Source: Leptolyngbyaceae cyanobacterium
GTDB lineage: Bacteria; Cyanobacteriota; Cyanobacteriia; Phormidesmidales; Phormidesmidaceae
Length of the DNA stretch: 64,000 nt
Direction of reading: 5' to 3'
Assembly (NCBI GenBank): GCA_965263355.1
Contig: CBDHHL010000056.1
Location: 352,001 to 416,000, forward strand
Shown here: positions 32,779 to 43,633 of the stretch, in pieces
Position numbering within the stretch: the first letter of the stretch is position 1
Layout: the number at the start of each line of letters is the position of its first letter
Program-made: the position numbers and the translations under genes
Notes under the pieces: model-generated
Database searches by the model: none
The model's input: only the letters and a program-made list of their open reading frames with translations
What the model was told of the DNA's origin: nothing

Positions 32779-33558
32779 TCAAGAATTCCACTGCTCAACT
32801 ATAGTTTTTATTTCCTGCGGTCCATAAAAGTGATTAAAGTACTTTGACTGAATCATTTTATTGACATACTCTTCGGGAAATCGAATATGTTGCTTAAACG
32901 CGTAATATGTTTTGGAATATCTTTTAGCCGCACCAACATTCTTAGGAGTAATCGATAAAGAGCCAGACTCTAGCTCAAGAAACCTCTCAATGCATGAGGC
33001 TTTCAGAGTATCCTGAAGGTCATAGCGCATCACTAGTAGCTCAAAATTATCTTGCCTAAACTGATAAGCTTTTTCCTCTAAAGGAAATGGTTTCGAATAA
33101 ACATCAATACCTGTGTAAAACTTAATGTAATTATCAAACCAATTTAATGGTGAATAATGGTGCTGATATTTATCAAAAAACAGCCCAACCAGTTCATCTA
33201 AGGTAAATCCACTTTCGACATAAGTTGCACCCGTATTCCTTTCATAGTTTTGAAAAAATGAAGAAACATTCTTACCAATAGGATCTCGCACTAATGTCAA
33301 AATTTTAAGAGGCTTTTGAGGCTTTATTAAGTGGCGATAGATTACCACAGAGCGAGGATGCGCTATCTCATTCATAAAATGACTTGTAAATACAGATATA
33401 CCTCGTACTTTACGCAACGCTCCTACCATAGAAGTACTGCCCACCTTCCCCATGGTCCAAACCAATACAGGTCGAGTCGTTTTGAGCAGTAATTTAACTT
33501 TTGGCTCAAATATAAAATTTCGCAGAGACTTATTTAGATCCTTTTTAATTAAGAGCAT
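32779..33558 (-). CDS. Putative capsular polysaccharide synthesis protein (sulfotransferase-like fold)
   Basis: TMGKVGSTS, LVRDPIGKNVSSFFQN, GIDVY, KNVGAAKRYS. Confidence 0.75.
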   Translation of the reverse strand: MLLIKKDLNKSLRNFIFEPKVKLLLKTTRPVLVWTMGKVGSTSMVGALRKVRGISVFTSHFMNEIAHPRSVVIYRHLIKPQKPLKILTLVRDPIGKNVSSFFQNYERNTGATYVESGFTLDELVGLFFDKYQHHYSPLNWFDNYIKFYTGIDVYSKPFPLEEKAYQFRQDNFELLVMRYDLQDTLKASCIERFLELESGSLSITPKNVGAAKRYSKTYYAFKQHIRFPEEYVNKMIQSKYFNHFYGPQEIKTIVEQWNS

Positions 33559-33677
33559 ATTTTTGGAAAAAAAGAGGAAGTTATATGGTTTTTAGCATCA
33601 CCCAAAAATTAGCCTACAAGTCAACAGTTTATTGAGTGAGTTAGTAGAACTATATCTCACCCAGTCCAATTACAAAA

Positions 33678-34673
33678 TCAAGCCCAATCGCGTGAAAGCT
33701 TGGGACTTAGGATTGTATTATCCACCCATTTTTTAATATTTTTTCCAAAGACATATAGTTTTGCACCTAGCTTTCCGGATAAATCTAATTTAGTATCTAA
33801 GGCTTTATAGCCAAGTTTTATCATATATTTTTCACTTAGATACTCTATCAAGGCTATCTGTTTTCTAGAAAGCTCTTTTTCCCATCTATTAAGACTATCA
33901 GTGTTAATTGGCTCAGCTGCCTTAAGAAAATGGGAGATTGCCCATTTTGAAGAACATGATTCAATAGTTCGCTGGCAAGGAAGATGCTCAGAAAATAACA
34001 TTTGACCTTGAAAGTCTTCACCAACAAACTGACAAATTTCTGTAAGCACAGCTAAAGGGGTAGAGACAAGCTCCTCGTATTTCACGCACATAACTCTGGC
34101 ATCTAGACGCCATTTTTCTAGATGCTTAATGCTGTCTTTCCACCTAAGGACATAAGGAATTATATGCTTTCCTTTCCAGGGAACCTTTTGCATAGAGGCA
34201 GTAACTGCTCTGGGGTCCCTTACCATGTAAATAACTCGCGCATCAGGATACCAGTTTAAGAGCTGAGCAATATAAGCATAATGCGCTGGTGTTTTCTCTC
34301 CCCAGCGCCTTTTACCATCCTTTTCTGCGTATTGTCTCAGCAGACTAGCGAATAATGATTTAGCAACATTTTGTTTCTTAAACTGTATAGTGGCTAGTAG
34401 CTTAGAAGCATCACATTCAAAGTAATTAAATCGTTCACTGTGTATAAAGATCTGCCAAAATTTCTCAAACCTATCCTTCACTTGAAGAGAAGGAATCGGA
34501 AATCTTTGCATCCAATAGTTAAAGAAATGACTTTCTGGTGAAATACTTATTTGAGAATGGGAAGACAGTATTCTACTAACCAAAGTTGTTCCAGACCGAT
34601 GCATGCCAACAATAAAAATTGGCGATTCTTGAATACTATTTTCTCTCTCTATCTTTTGTATTGGCTGAGACAT
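33678..34673 (-). CDS. Sulfotransferase family protein
   Basis: GMHRSGTT, WGEKTP, MVRDPRAVTAS, KYEELV. Confidence 0.92.
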   Translation of the reverse strand: MSQPIQKIERENSIQESPIFIVGMHRSGTTLVSRILSSHSQISISPESHFFNYWMQRFPIPSLQVKDRFEKFWQIFIHSERFNYFECDASKLLATIQFKKQNVAKSLFASLLRQYAEKDGKRRWGEKTPAHYAYIAQLLNWYPDARVIYMVRDPRAVTASMQKVPWKGKHIIPYVLRWKDSIKHLEKWRLDARVMCVKYEELVSTPLAVLTEICQFVGEDFQGQMLFSEHLPCQRTIESCSSKWAISHFLKAAEPINTDSLNRWEKELSRKQIALIEYLSEKYMIKLGYKALDTKLDLSGKLGAKLYVFGKNIKKWVDNTILSPKLSRDWA

Positions 34674-34719
34674 AAGCGCAACAGTGAAATGCCATTAGAG
34701 CACAGAAATATTGATCTTC

Positions 34720-36162
34720 TCAAGATATCTTATGACGCACTAACTTTGGCAGTTGTGTTAAGGTTTTAGGCGATAAGTAAAATAAGCAGATAGAGTAAGT
34801 TACTAAGCCTAAAATGACTGAACTTAAAAGTAAGAACCAGTTGGGCAGGAGTAATCTACCTAAGTGGGCAATTATAAAACTTACTGCAGCAGCTATTAAA
34901 CCACTAAGCAAAATAGGCATAATTGAATAAACATATTGGTTATAGGATATTTTTGCAAGTTTTTTAATTGCAATTAAGGGCAAAGGGAAAAGAATATATC
35001 CTCTAACCACATAGGCAATTGCTACAGCTAGAATCCCCCAGCGCACAGCAAAATAAAATGCAGGAAAGTTAATCATAGCATTGAGAAAATTAAATCCTAA
35101 ACGCCAAGCTGGTTTGCCTAATGCGATCAGCAGATTTGAATCTAGTCCACCTAACGCATGAATAGGACCAATTAATGCCAAAACTCTCATCACTGGAATA
35201 CTTGGCTCCCACTGCTCACCAAACAGTAAAGAAATAACATTAGGAGCTAATGTAACCAGAAAGAAAAATGCTGGAATCGAAACCAAGCTCACCACTTTTG
35301 CCCCGTCGTAAAAAGCTTTTCGCAACTTAGTTGGATTCTCTTGTAACTTGGCAAATGCAGAAAACGCTACCTGATTGACTGGAGCATTAATCAACTGAGT
35401 CATGAGTAATAACGCTTGATAAGCCACGTTGTAATAGCCTAAGGCTGTCGTACCCAAAAAATATCCAATCAGTAAATCATCGGAACGACGATTGACAACA
35501 TTGAGAATATTAATGCCGACAATACTAATTCCAAATGACATCAGCTGTTTCAAAGCTGTGAGTGAAAATTTCAACCTAGGTCGCCATTTACCTACCTGCC
35601 AAAGCACAATCATTGCAATAAATGATCTAGTAAGTTCCTGAACCACTAAGCTCCACACACCAAAACCAGCTAACGCTAAAAAAACAGCCAAAAAACCACT
35701 GACTGACAATGCTATTAGTGAGCGTATGGCTAAAGCCTTAAACTCTAATTGACGCTGTAATAAGGCTGTTTGAACACTGCTAAGAGCAATAAGAATAAAT
35801 ACAGGAGAAAGACTCTGCAAAATCAAAACCAGTTCTGGTTCATGAAACTGCTGAGCAACGAAATTAGCTCCAAAAAAGACACAAAGGCTGAATACTAAGC
35901 TAGTAACTAAGCTTGTCCAGAACGCTGTATCAAGATAATCAGATTGAATATGCTTAGCTTGCACAATAGCTTGCGCAAATCCCTGTTCTACAAAGATCCG
36001 AATTAGGGCAATAACTACATTGGCTAAAGCTACTAAGCCAAAAGCTTCAGGCATCAGAAGACGCGTCAAGATTAGTAATGAGAGAGCGTGAAAAAACAAG
36101 CCTCCCCATTTTTGAATGACTGACCAAAACACCCCCCGGATAGCCAGAGCTTTAAGATTCAT
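34720..36162 (-). CDS. Polysaccharide flippase (Wzx/MOP family)
   Basis: Multi-TM; RLLMPEAFG, DDLLIGYFLG, GYYNVA. Confidence 0.9.
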   Translation of the reverse strand: MNLKALAIRGVFWSVIQKWGGLFFHALSLLILTRLLMPEAFGLVALANVVIALIRIFVEQGFAQAIVQAKHIQSDYLDTAFWTSLVTSLVFSLCVFFGANFVAQQFHEPELVLILQSLSPVFILIALSSVQTALLQRQLEFKALAIRSLIALSVSGFLAVFLALAGFGVWSLVVQELTRSFIAMIVLWQVGKWRPRLKFSLTALKQLMSFGISIVGINILNVVNRRSDDLLIGYFLGTTALGYYNVAYQALLLMTQLINAPVNQVAFSAFAKLQENPTKLRKAFYDGAKVVSLVSIPAFFFLVTLAPNVISLLFGEQWEPSIPVMRVLALIGPIHALGGLDSNLLIALGKPAWRLGFNFLNAMINFPAFYFAVRWGILAVAIAYVVRGYILFPLPLIAIKKLAKISYNQYVYSIMPILLSGLIAAAVSFIIAHLGRLLLPNWFLLLSSVILGLVTYSICLFYLSPKTLTQLPKLVRHKIS

Positions 36163-36193
36163 AGAGTCGCATGAAGCATTAAGAGCACTTACA

Positions 36194-37486
36194 TCACTTA
36201 CACACTGTTTTTAGCACTTCAAAATATTGCCTCCCAATTACTTCAGGTGTAAAGCTACTCTCCATTTTCTGACGACCTTTCCACCCCATTTTCTTAGCTA
36301 AGGTAGGATCGCTAGCCAAGAGCCTGAAAAAATCAGCTAACTCCTTACTAGCTCCATTCCTAAAGACAGCACCATACGCAGCTTGTTCAACTAACTCTTC
36401 TAAATAAGTACCCTCTGGACAAATGATTGCGATTGGTCGTTGGGCTGCTAAAGCTGGATATAACTTACTTGGAGCAACCAAGCTTTCCATACCTGGACTA
36501 ACACTTACTAACGACACATCACAAGCCGTCATCGAATAAGGAAGAGTTTTTTTATCTTGATAAGGTAAGAATAGAAAATTATCTAAGCCTTCCATTTCTA
36601 CCTTATCAATCAGCTTCTCTCGCTTTACACCACCCCCAATACACACAAATCGGATTGATTCATTTCGCAATAACTTCGCAGCCTGAAAGATTGTGTCGAT
36701 ATCATGACAACGTCCCATATTGCCTGAATACAGCACCGTAAATGTATTTACCAGATCATACTTATGAGCAAACCAATTATCTTTTTTCTCAATCGGTTTA
36801 ATCAGTTCTGGATCTGCCCAGCTATGGATAACCTCCAACCGATCTGCCACAGCCGGACAATGCCCCATTACCCGTTGCTTCATCGTCGGGCTCAAAACAA
36901 TCAATGACTTAGCCCGTTGCCACACTCGACTATTCACCCAACGCCACAACTTTGAAACCGGATGATTCTCAGCCACTACACCCAGTTCCACTGCAATGTC
37001 TGGATATAGATCGTATAAAATCACAATATAGGGTGTAGCAAATAATAAGTTTGCTAGATAGCCAATTACAGGTAAAAACGGTGGTGCTGTTGTCAGCAAC
37101 AACACTTTACTAGTATCGCCACCATGGAGCAGCAAGTGCCAAAAAGCTCGAATAACAAACAATACCCCGTTGACTGTCTTACCCCGAATCCGATTTGAAT
37201 AAAGTCGAGTCATGCGTGACCGATATACTTTCAAATTCTCAGAAGATTCTTGATTGGAAGCCCTCATCTCACCGAAGGCATACCCTGGCTGCCCTGTAAA
37301 TACTTCAATCGACATCCCCTGTTTCGCTAACTGTCTGACTAACTCATCCAGCAATTGCCCAGTTGCAGCATAATCAGGAGCAAAAAACTGTGTAATCAGC
37401 TTTACTGTTTGTCGGGCTGACCGGGTCTCTGATAAATCCAAAAAGTAAGTTTTTTCCGAAGAGAGTTCCTGTTTGCTAAGTACCAT
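36194..37486 (-). CDS. Glycosyltransferase family 4 (WbuB/WcaI-like)
   Basis: TQFFAPDYAATG, YDLYPD, YSGNMGRCH, APSKLY. Confidence 0.92.
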   Translation of the reverse strand: MVLSKQELSSEKTYFLDLSETRSARQTVKLITQFFAPDYAATGQLLDELVRQLAKQGMSIEVFTGQPGYAFGEMRASNQESSENLKVYRSRMTRLYSNRIRGKTVNGVLFVIRAFWHLLLHGGDTSKVLLLTTAPPFLPVIGYLANLLFATPYIVILYDLYPDIAVELGVVAENHPVSKLWRWVNSRVWQRAKSLIVLSPTMKQRVMGHCPAVADRLEVIHSWADPELIKPIEKKDNWFAHKYDLVNTFTVLYSGNMGRCHDIDTIFQAAKLLRNESIRFVCIGGGVKREKLIDKVEMEGLDNFLFLPYQDKKTLPYSMTACDVSLVSVSPGMESLVAPSKLYPALAAQRPIAIICPEGTYLEELVEQAAYGAVFRNGASKELADFFRLLASDPTLAKKMGWKGRQKMESSFTPEVIGRQYFEVLKTVCK

Positions 37487-37600
37487 AGGTGTAGATGCCG
37501 GAGTGGGAACGATGGAGAAACTAAGCTAAGAGTTGACTGCCTATAAACAGATATTTAAGAGCTACTAGGATATGTTTGCCAGCCTCCAGACCAATTACTG

Positions 37601-37643
37601 AAAGACCATATCAATCAAAGACCATATCAATCAAAGACCATAT
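37601..37643. repeat. 16-bp tandem repeat (AAAGACCATATCAATC x 2.7)
   Basis: Read directly, about 115 bp upstream of the GT4 operon. Confidence 0.85.
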
Positions 37644-37986
37644 TTAATAGCTACGATAACCGTGGGACCACGAATAATCTTTGGAGCTAGACAGGAACAT
37701 AGTAGGCACTGAAGACAACTCCTGAACGGTCAGTCAAATGAATCAACGCTGGACAAACATCTAAAACCAGCTCCCAAAACAACAATCCCCCATCATTTTT
37801 TAAATTAATCAAATTAAGGTGATGGTTTTATATCCTCATGGGCACTATGAATTACGAAACAGTACAAACCCCAAAAAACATTATTAGGAACAGCAGCCAC
37901 ATTAGCAGAAGCTATGGAATTTGTGCCAACTTTATCTCCTGAAAAGTTTTTATTCGGTAACTTTTTATCAGTTTGCTTTCCGAAAG

Positions 37987-38004
37987 CCCTATGAATTCAT
38001 AGGG
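37987..38004. promoter_or_regulatory. Perfect 18-bp palindrome, candidate operator
   Basis: ccctatgaattcataggg in the divergent intergenic region of the EPS locus. Confidence 0.4.
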
Positions 38005-38274
38005 TGACAACCTATAGAAACTCCTTTAACACAAGCATTTGCCCATGCATATCTACGATGGGTGCATAGCCAACTAGAAATATAAACTTTAATGAAGTTA
38101 GGCTTGCATTATGCTTCCTTGCAAGGATTTGTAGAGTATCGTTTCTCCCTAAAGTTATGGTCAGAAAAAATATAGTCCCATTCTGGTCAATACTTTCTGC
38201 TGAATGTTATGACTAGCCCGTGAGTAAATGTTTGTTCTCTTATCTGTAAATTTGTCAAGCCACTCTCTACTATC

Positions 38275-39708
38275 ATGGTAAGCTTTGCTGGTCTAGCGCG
38301 TGTAGTTACAGGTGTTGTGTTGGGTGTTGCTATCGCCAATACGGATGCAGTACTTGCCAATGTAGGGCCATTGCCCGAAATCAGGTCGGTAACAACTACT
38401 GTCCTAAACGATATTTACCTTTTGGGACCTGGGGACCTCATTAGTATCGATATTTTTAATGTGCCAGAATACAGTGGTGAACAACGGGTACTTGCTAACG
38501 GCAGGGTAAACTTGCCAGCAATTGGGCAGCTGTCGATTGTAGGATTAACAATATCGCAGGCAGAACAAGCCATTAGTAGTGCCTATAGCTCAAAAATTCG
38601 TTATCCACGAACTACTTTAAGCTTGATCTCACCTCGACAGCTCCGTATTGCAATTACAGGTGAAATTTATCAGCCTGGGGTTTACACTATTCCCGTTGAT
38701 GAAACTGGACAGTTTCCAACGCTTGTAGATGCCATTCAGCTGGCAGGAGGGATGACCCAATCTGCGAATATGGAGCAGGTTCAGGTACAACGCAACGTGG
38801 AAAATGGCAAAACGCAAAGTTTCACTAGCGATCTGGCTATGTTGATTGGTCAGGGGGACCTCCAGCAAGATTTTCCTCTTCGAGATGGGGATGCCATTAC
38901 AATCAGTCAGGCTAGTGACATTGATCTACGCGCCTCTAATCAGTTAGCAATTTCTAATCTAGCCACAGATGAAGAAGAGTCCATTGCTGTTGTGGTAGTT
39001 GGTGAAGTATTTCGCCCTGGAACGTATAACTACGCCTCACGAAGGACGTCGAGCCAATCAGTAACCGTAAGTAACAATACCGCTGCTAATACTGTTCAAC
39101 AACCTGGAAGACTAACGGTGACGCGGGCGCTGCGTTTAGCGGGTGGGATTAAACCCTTAGCAGATCTGCGTAAGGTAGAAGTCAAACGCACTACACGTTC
39201 TGGCAACAGTCAAACAATTTCTTTAGACTTGTGGCAGTTAGTAGAAGCTGGAGAAAACAGTCAAGATCTTGTTTTGCAAACAGGCGACACTATTATCGTT
39301 CCAACTGCCGTGGCTGCTAATCCAGAACAAATTAGTAGGCTGACTGCCACTAATCTTTCACCTGATACGATTACTGTCAACGTAGTGGGAGAGGTTGAGC
39401 AACCTGGAACAGTGACGGTGACTGCAAATACGACCCTTAATCAGGTGTTATTGGCAGCTGGTGGATTTAATCGACGAGCCAAGGAAGAAACGGTTGAGCT
39501 GATTCGCCTCAACCCCAATGGTACTGTTACTCGCAACGCTATTGAGATTGATCTAACACAAGGATTAAACTCTGAGAATAATCCGATCGTGCAGCACAAT
39601 GACATTGTGGTGGTGAATCCAAGCACAGTAGCACGTCTTTCAGACAATCTTGGTGTCCTGTTGAATCCTTTTTTGCAGATTTTACCTATCCTAAATTTTG
39701 CAAATTAG
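38275..39708 (+). CDS. wza: Polysaccharide export protein (Wza/KpsD-like, SLBB domains)
   Basis: YLLGPGD, repeated SLBB motifs (GEIYQPG, GEVFRPG, GEVEQPG, AGG). Confidence 0.9.
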   Translation: MVSFAGLARVVTGVVLGVAIANTDAVLANVGPLPEIRSVTTTVLNDIYLLGPGDLISIDIFNVPEYSGEQRVLANGRVNLPAIGQLSIVGLTISQAEQAISSAYSSKIRYPRTTLSLISPRQLRIAITGEIYQPGVYTIPVDETGQFPTLVDAIQLAGGMTQSANMEQVQVQRNVENGKTQSFTSDLAMLIGQGDLQQDFPLRDGDAITISQASDIDLRASNQLAISNLATDEEESIAVVVVGEVFRPGTYNYASRRTSSQSVTVSNNTAANTVQQPGRLTVTRALRLAGGIKPLADLRKVEVKRTTRSGNSQTISLDLWQLVEAGENSQDLVLQTGDTIIVPTAVAANPEQISRLTATNLSPDTITVNVVGEVEQPGTVTVTANTTLNQVLLAAGGFNRRAKEETVELIRLNPNGTVTRNAIEIDLTQGLNSENNPIVQHNDIVVVNPSTVARLSDNLGVLLNPFLQILPILNFAN

Positions 39709-39766
39709 AACATGATTTGATTCTGGAATGTTGAACAACACTTAACCTTTAGACATCACTGGGTCG

Positions 39767-42061
39767 ATGGATAATTTATCAGCAAACAACGGTACAGCTA
39801 CTGAAAGGCATTGGAAAGGGTTGACCTTATCCCAAATGCCATGGGATGAGGACGACCTTGATCTAAGTCAACTATTTACAGTATTACGTCGACGAGCTGT
39901 GATGGTTATGGGTATTGCAGCCGGGCTAATGGGTGCTGTTGTTGCTCATACATTACTTCAGGAGCCTATTTATGAAAGTACGTTCCAGGTTTTAGTAGAA
40001 CCAGTTAATGCAGATAATAAGGTTAAAGACTTTAGTGATTTACTGGGGGATGCTTTACCTAATAAACCTTCTGGATTGGACTATGAAACTCAGGTCCAGG
40101 TGCTACGCAGCCCTGGTTTAATTGAACAGGTGTTGTCAGAGCTGCAAACAATTGATCCAGACCCTGATCTAGGGTACGAAAAATTTTTAGAGCGTCTCAC
40201 CATCAGGCGTGTGGGGGAAACAAAGATTATAGAAGTGCTTTATCGGGGAAAAGATCCAGGGAAAATTAAAACAACCTTAAACGTTCTGGCGGATGTATAT
40301 CTCGACTATAGTCTTAAGGAGCGCCAGACTAATCTACGACAGGGAATTCAATTTGTAAATAAACAGTTACCAGAGTTAGAAGGGAAAGTTAATGACTTAC
40401 AAAATCAATTAGAGATATTTCGTCGAACCCATAATTTTATTAATCCAACCACTCAGAACGAACAAATTGCGAAACGATCTGAGGAACTCAGTAGTCAACG
40501 ATTGGAAGTTGATCGTCAACTATCTCGGGCACAAACAAACTATGATCTGTTGACATTTTCTGAGGGGAGGGAAGCGGCTCTACAAGATGCGCCGGTTTAT
40601 CAGCAGCTGGTGCAAGAGCTACGGCAAATTGAATCGGATATTGCTGCCGGATTAACCCGCTTTTATCCTGACAGCTTAGAAATCTTGGTGTTGCAAGAAA
40701 AACGGGAGCGGCTACTGCCTGTTTTAGAGGCAGAGGCTCAAAGGGTTATCCGTGTCCATTCTGCCGGAGCGATCAACGACATCGAGATTTTAGAGGCTCA
40801 AAGCTCCACTTTGAGTGAGGCTGAAACGAAACTGCAAAGTACGTTAGCCCAGTTGCCTACGTTGGCCAGAGAATATAGTGATCTACAACGAGAGCTAGAA
40901 ATTGCAGTTCGTGCGTTGAGTCGCTTTTTGGAAACCCGTGAAACGCTTCAGATTGAAGCGGCACAAACGGAAATTCCTTGGGAGTTAATTGAGCCGCCTT
41001 TGGAGCCCACTAGTCCCATTTCACCTAGCGTTTTACGAAATTTGGTGCTGGGCTTGGTAGCCAGTTCGCTATTAGGTGTAGGTACCGCATTGACATTGGA
41101 GAAACTAGATAGTGTTTGTCGCACTGTAGATGAGCTTAAAACTATTTCGAAATTGCCGCTGTTAGGTATTGTTCCCTATCAAGCTGAGTTTGATGATGTA
41201 AAGACAGCTGAACGTGGATTGGGGAGCTGGTTAAAGCCCTATGTACAAAAACAGAATAATACATTGAATCCTTACGGTTATAGCGGTTCGCAGTTTTTAG
41301 AGTCGATGCGTTTGTTACAGACAAACCTATTGCTGTTAGGAACTGAGCGTCCCATTCAGTCAATAATTTTAAGTTCATCCATGTCAGGAGAGGGTAAGTC
41401 GACACTGGCTCAGCACTTGGCTCAAACAGCTGCCACCATGGGTAAACGGGTACTGTTGATAGATGTTGATCTGCGGCGACCAGTCATCCACAAACGTTTA
41501 AATTTGCAAAACACCCAGGGACTGAGCGATTTATTATCTGGTAACACCACTAAAGAGGCAGTATTGCAGAGAGCAATGCCGTTTGTTGAGTTTTATGCCA
41601 TTACGGCTGGTAGTATTCCTCCAGATCCAGTCAAGCTGTTGTCATCTAAACGAATGCAGCAGTTAATGGTTGATTTGGAAAAAGAATTTGATTTGATCAT
41701 TTATGATTCACCACCTTTGATGGGTTTGGCAGATACGACGTTAGTAGCTCCCCATACAGACGGGATAATTTTGGTATCACGGGTGAATAAGTGCGATCGC
41801 GACATCCTCAGCCACACCATTGAAAATATTCGTTTCGCCAAAATCCCAGTGTTAGGGATAGTTGCCAACGGCATCATTCCCAATGGCAAAAGTTATAAAT
41901 ACTATAGTTATGGTTATGAGCCATCCCAGAAACAGGAGACTGAGACTTTAACCTCACCCCACAAAAATGGCAAGCATGAAACTAACGGCAATGGTTCCAT
42001 AACCAAAGCTGATCGAGAGAAGGGACTCAGTCTGAGTGACTTTTTCAAGTTACGTAAGTAA
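39767..42061 (+). CDS. wzc: Polysaccharide co-polymerase / tyrosine autokinase
   Basis: Two TMs, coiled coil, GEGKST, IDVDLRRP, IYDSPP, Tyr cluster YKYYSYGY. Confidence 0.93.
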   Translation: MDNLSANNGTATERHWKGLTLSQMPWDEDDLDLSQLFTVLRRRAVMVMGIAAGLMGAVVAHTLLQEPIYESTFQVLVEPVNADNKVKDFSDLLGDALPNKPSGLDYETQVQVLRSPGLIEQVLSELQTIDPDPDLGYEKFLERLTIRRVGETKIIEVLYRGKDPGKIKTTLNVLADVYLDYSLKERQTNLRQGIQFVNKQLPELEGKVNDLQNQLEIFRRTHNFINPTTQNEQIAKRSEELSSQRLEVDRQLSRAQTNYDLLTFSEGREAALQDAPVYQQLVQELRQIESDIAAGLTRFYPDSLEILVLQEKRERLLPVLEAEAQRVIRVHSAGAINDIEILEAQSSTLSEAETKLQSTLAQLPTLAREYSDLQRELEIAVRALSRFLETRETLQIEAAQTEIPWELIEPPLEPTSPISPSVLRNLVLGLVASSLLGVGTALTLEKLDSVCRTVDELKTISKLPLLGIVPYQAEFDDVKTAERGLGSWLKPYVQKQNNTLNPYGYSGSQFLESMRLLQTNLLLLGTERPIQSIILSSSMSGEGKSTLAQHLAQTAATMGKRVLLIDVDLRRPVIHKRLNLQNTQGLSDLLSGNTTKEAVLQRAMPFVEFYAITAGSIPPDPVKLLSSKRMQQLMVDLEKEFDLIIYDSPPLMGLADTTLVAPHTDGIILVSRVNKCDRDILSHTIENIRFAKIPVLGIVANGIIPNGKSYKYYSYGYEPSQKQETETLTSPHKNGKHETNGNGSITKADREKGLSLSDFFKLRK

Positions 42062-42257
42062 CTGAGCAAAATAATGAACAAAGAGATCTATTACTGGAGG
42101 CGAGCAGGGTTAAAGGTTAATTGTTGTAGACGTTTTCTACGAGCCTATTGCTTTGTGCATAAGGTGATTAAGCTCAAAATGATCTTTCTCTACTAACTCT
42201 ACCGCCAAAGCTTAATCAGTGCCAATCAAGCGTTCGACGAGTTCATTCAAAACTGGG

Positions 42258-43316
42258 CTAAAGCAAAGACAACTGTTGATAGCCCAAGGCTTGGTCTGAG
42301 ACCAGGTTAGCGATCGCAACTCCCAATAATCTAACTTGCGACTGGGGCTCCAAATGATGCTCTAGCAACGCTTGGGCCAGTGGCTTTATCTCCGTTGCCT
42401 GCTGCAGAGGAGTCTCTACCGTACGGCTACGGGTAATCTGGCGATAATCCGCATATTTGATTTTGAGGGTGAGGGTATAGCCTATCTTCTTAGCCTTTAG
42501 CAATCGGTTCTCCACTTCATCCACAATCACAGTTAGGGCATCTGTCATCGCTTCCAGGGTATGCAGATCTTCGGTAAAGCTGCGTTCTGCACCAACAGAC
42601 TTACGAACACGATTAGGATTAACTTGGCGATTGTCCTGGGCATTGGCTACACGAAAATAGTGGTGGCCTACTTTGCCAAAGTTAGCCCTCAGATCTGACG
42701 CACTCCAACGTTGCAGATCTGCCCCTGATTCAATCCCTAGATGTCTCATTTTGCGAGCAGTAGCAGGACCGATACCGTGGAATTTCTCGATGGGAAGGGT
42801 GGCAATAAACGCCATCGCATCCTCTGGCAAAATGACATATAGGCCATCGGGCTTATTTACATCCGAGGCCATTTTGGCTAAGAACTTATTGATGGAAACA
42901 CCAGCAGATGCGGTCAGCTGGGTGGTTTCGACAATGCGTCGTTTAATGGTCTTGGCAGTTGCGATCGCAGATCCACCCTCCGTCACATCCAAATACGCCT
43001 CGTCTAGGGATAAAGGCTCCACCAGCTCGGTATAATCTCGAAAAATACTGCGAATCTGCTCTGATACCGATCGATACACATCAAACCGAGGACGCGCAAA
43101 AATCACATGGGGACATCGCTGAACCGCAACCCTTGATGGCATCGCCGAATGGATACCATAGCGTCGTGCCTCATAGCTAGCAGCAGCTACAGCTCCACGC
43201 TGTTCCGGACAACCACCCACCACTAACGGTTTATCTCGATACTCAGCATGGTCGCGTTGCTCAATGGACGCATAAAAGGCATCCATATCTATATGGAGAA
43301 TTTTACGATAATCCAC
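42258..43316 (-). CDS. dinB: DNA polymerase IV
   Basis: HIDMDAFYASIE, SYEAR, SLDEAYLD, KPDG. Confidence 0.96.
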   Translation of the reverse strand: MDYRKILHIDMDAFYASIEQRDHAEYRDKPLVVGGCPEQRGAVAAASYEARRYGIHSAMPSRVAVQRCPHVIFARPRFDVYRSVSEQIRSIFRDYTELVEPLSLDEAYLDVTEGGSAIATAKTIKRRIVETTQLTASAGVSINKFLAKMASDVNKPDGLYVILPEDAMAFIATLPIEKFHGIGPATARKMRHLGIESGADLQRWSASDLRANFGKVGHHYFRVANAQDNRQVNPNRVRKSVGAERSFTEDLHTLEAMTDALTVIVDEVENRLLKAKKIGYTLTLKIKYADYRQITRSRTVETPLQQATEIKPLAQALLEHHLEPQSQVRLLGVAIANLVSDQALGYQQLSLL

Positions 43317-43633
43317 ACTCCTCTAACGTTATTCACTAACACCCTACATAAACTGCTTTAGAAAATAGAGCAATCTTTCCTTAGAATCACCGAGGCAGTC
43401 AAAAGAAAACAATTGCTTCTAAAACCGTATTTTCCACGAAGATTCTCCTCAATGTGAACCTCTTTTGAAATTTGGAGTGTTCAGTTCCTCTCACACTATT
43501 CACAGTCAACACTATGGTCAAGACAAGTACTGCACAATCTACATAACAAAAATAAAATTGTTTTTAATTTTGGCACTGTAGCTATAGCCATACTTTGTCT
43601 GTCACTCACACAATTCCTGACAGAGGTAGAGCC

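Noticed and set aside
43317..43594. LexA box upstream of dinB
   Set aside because: No convincing RGTAC-N3-DGTWC match seen
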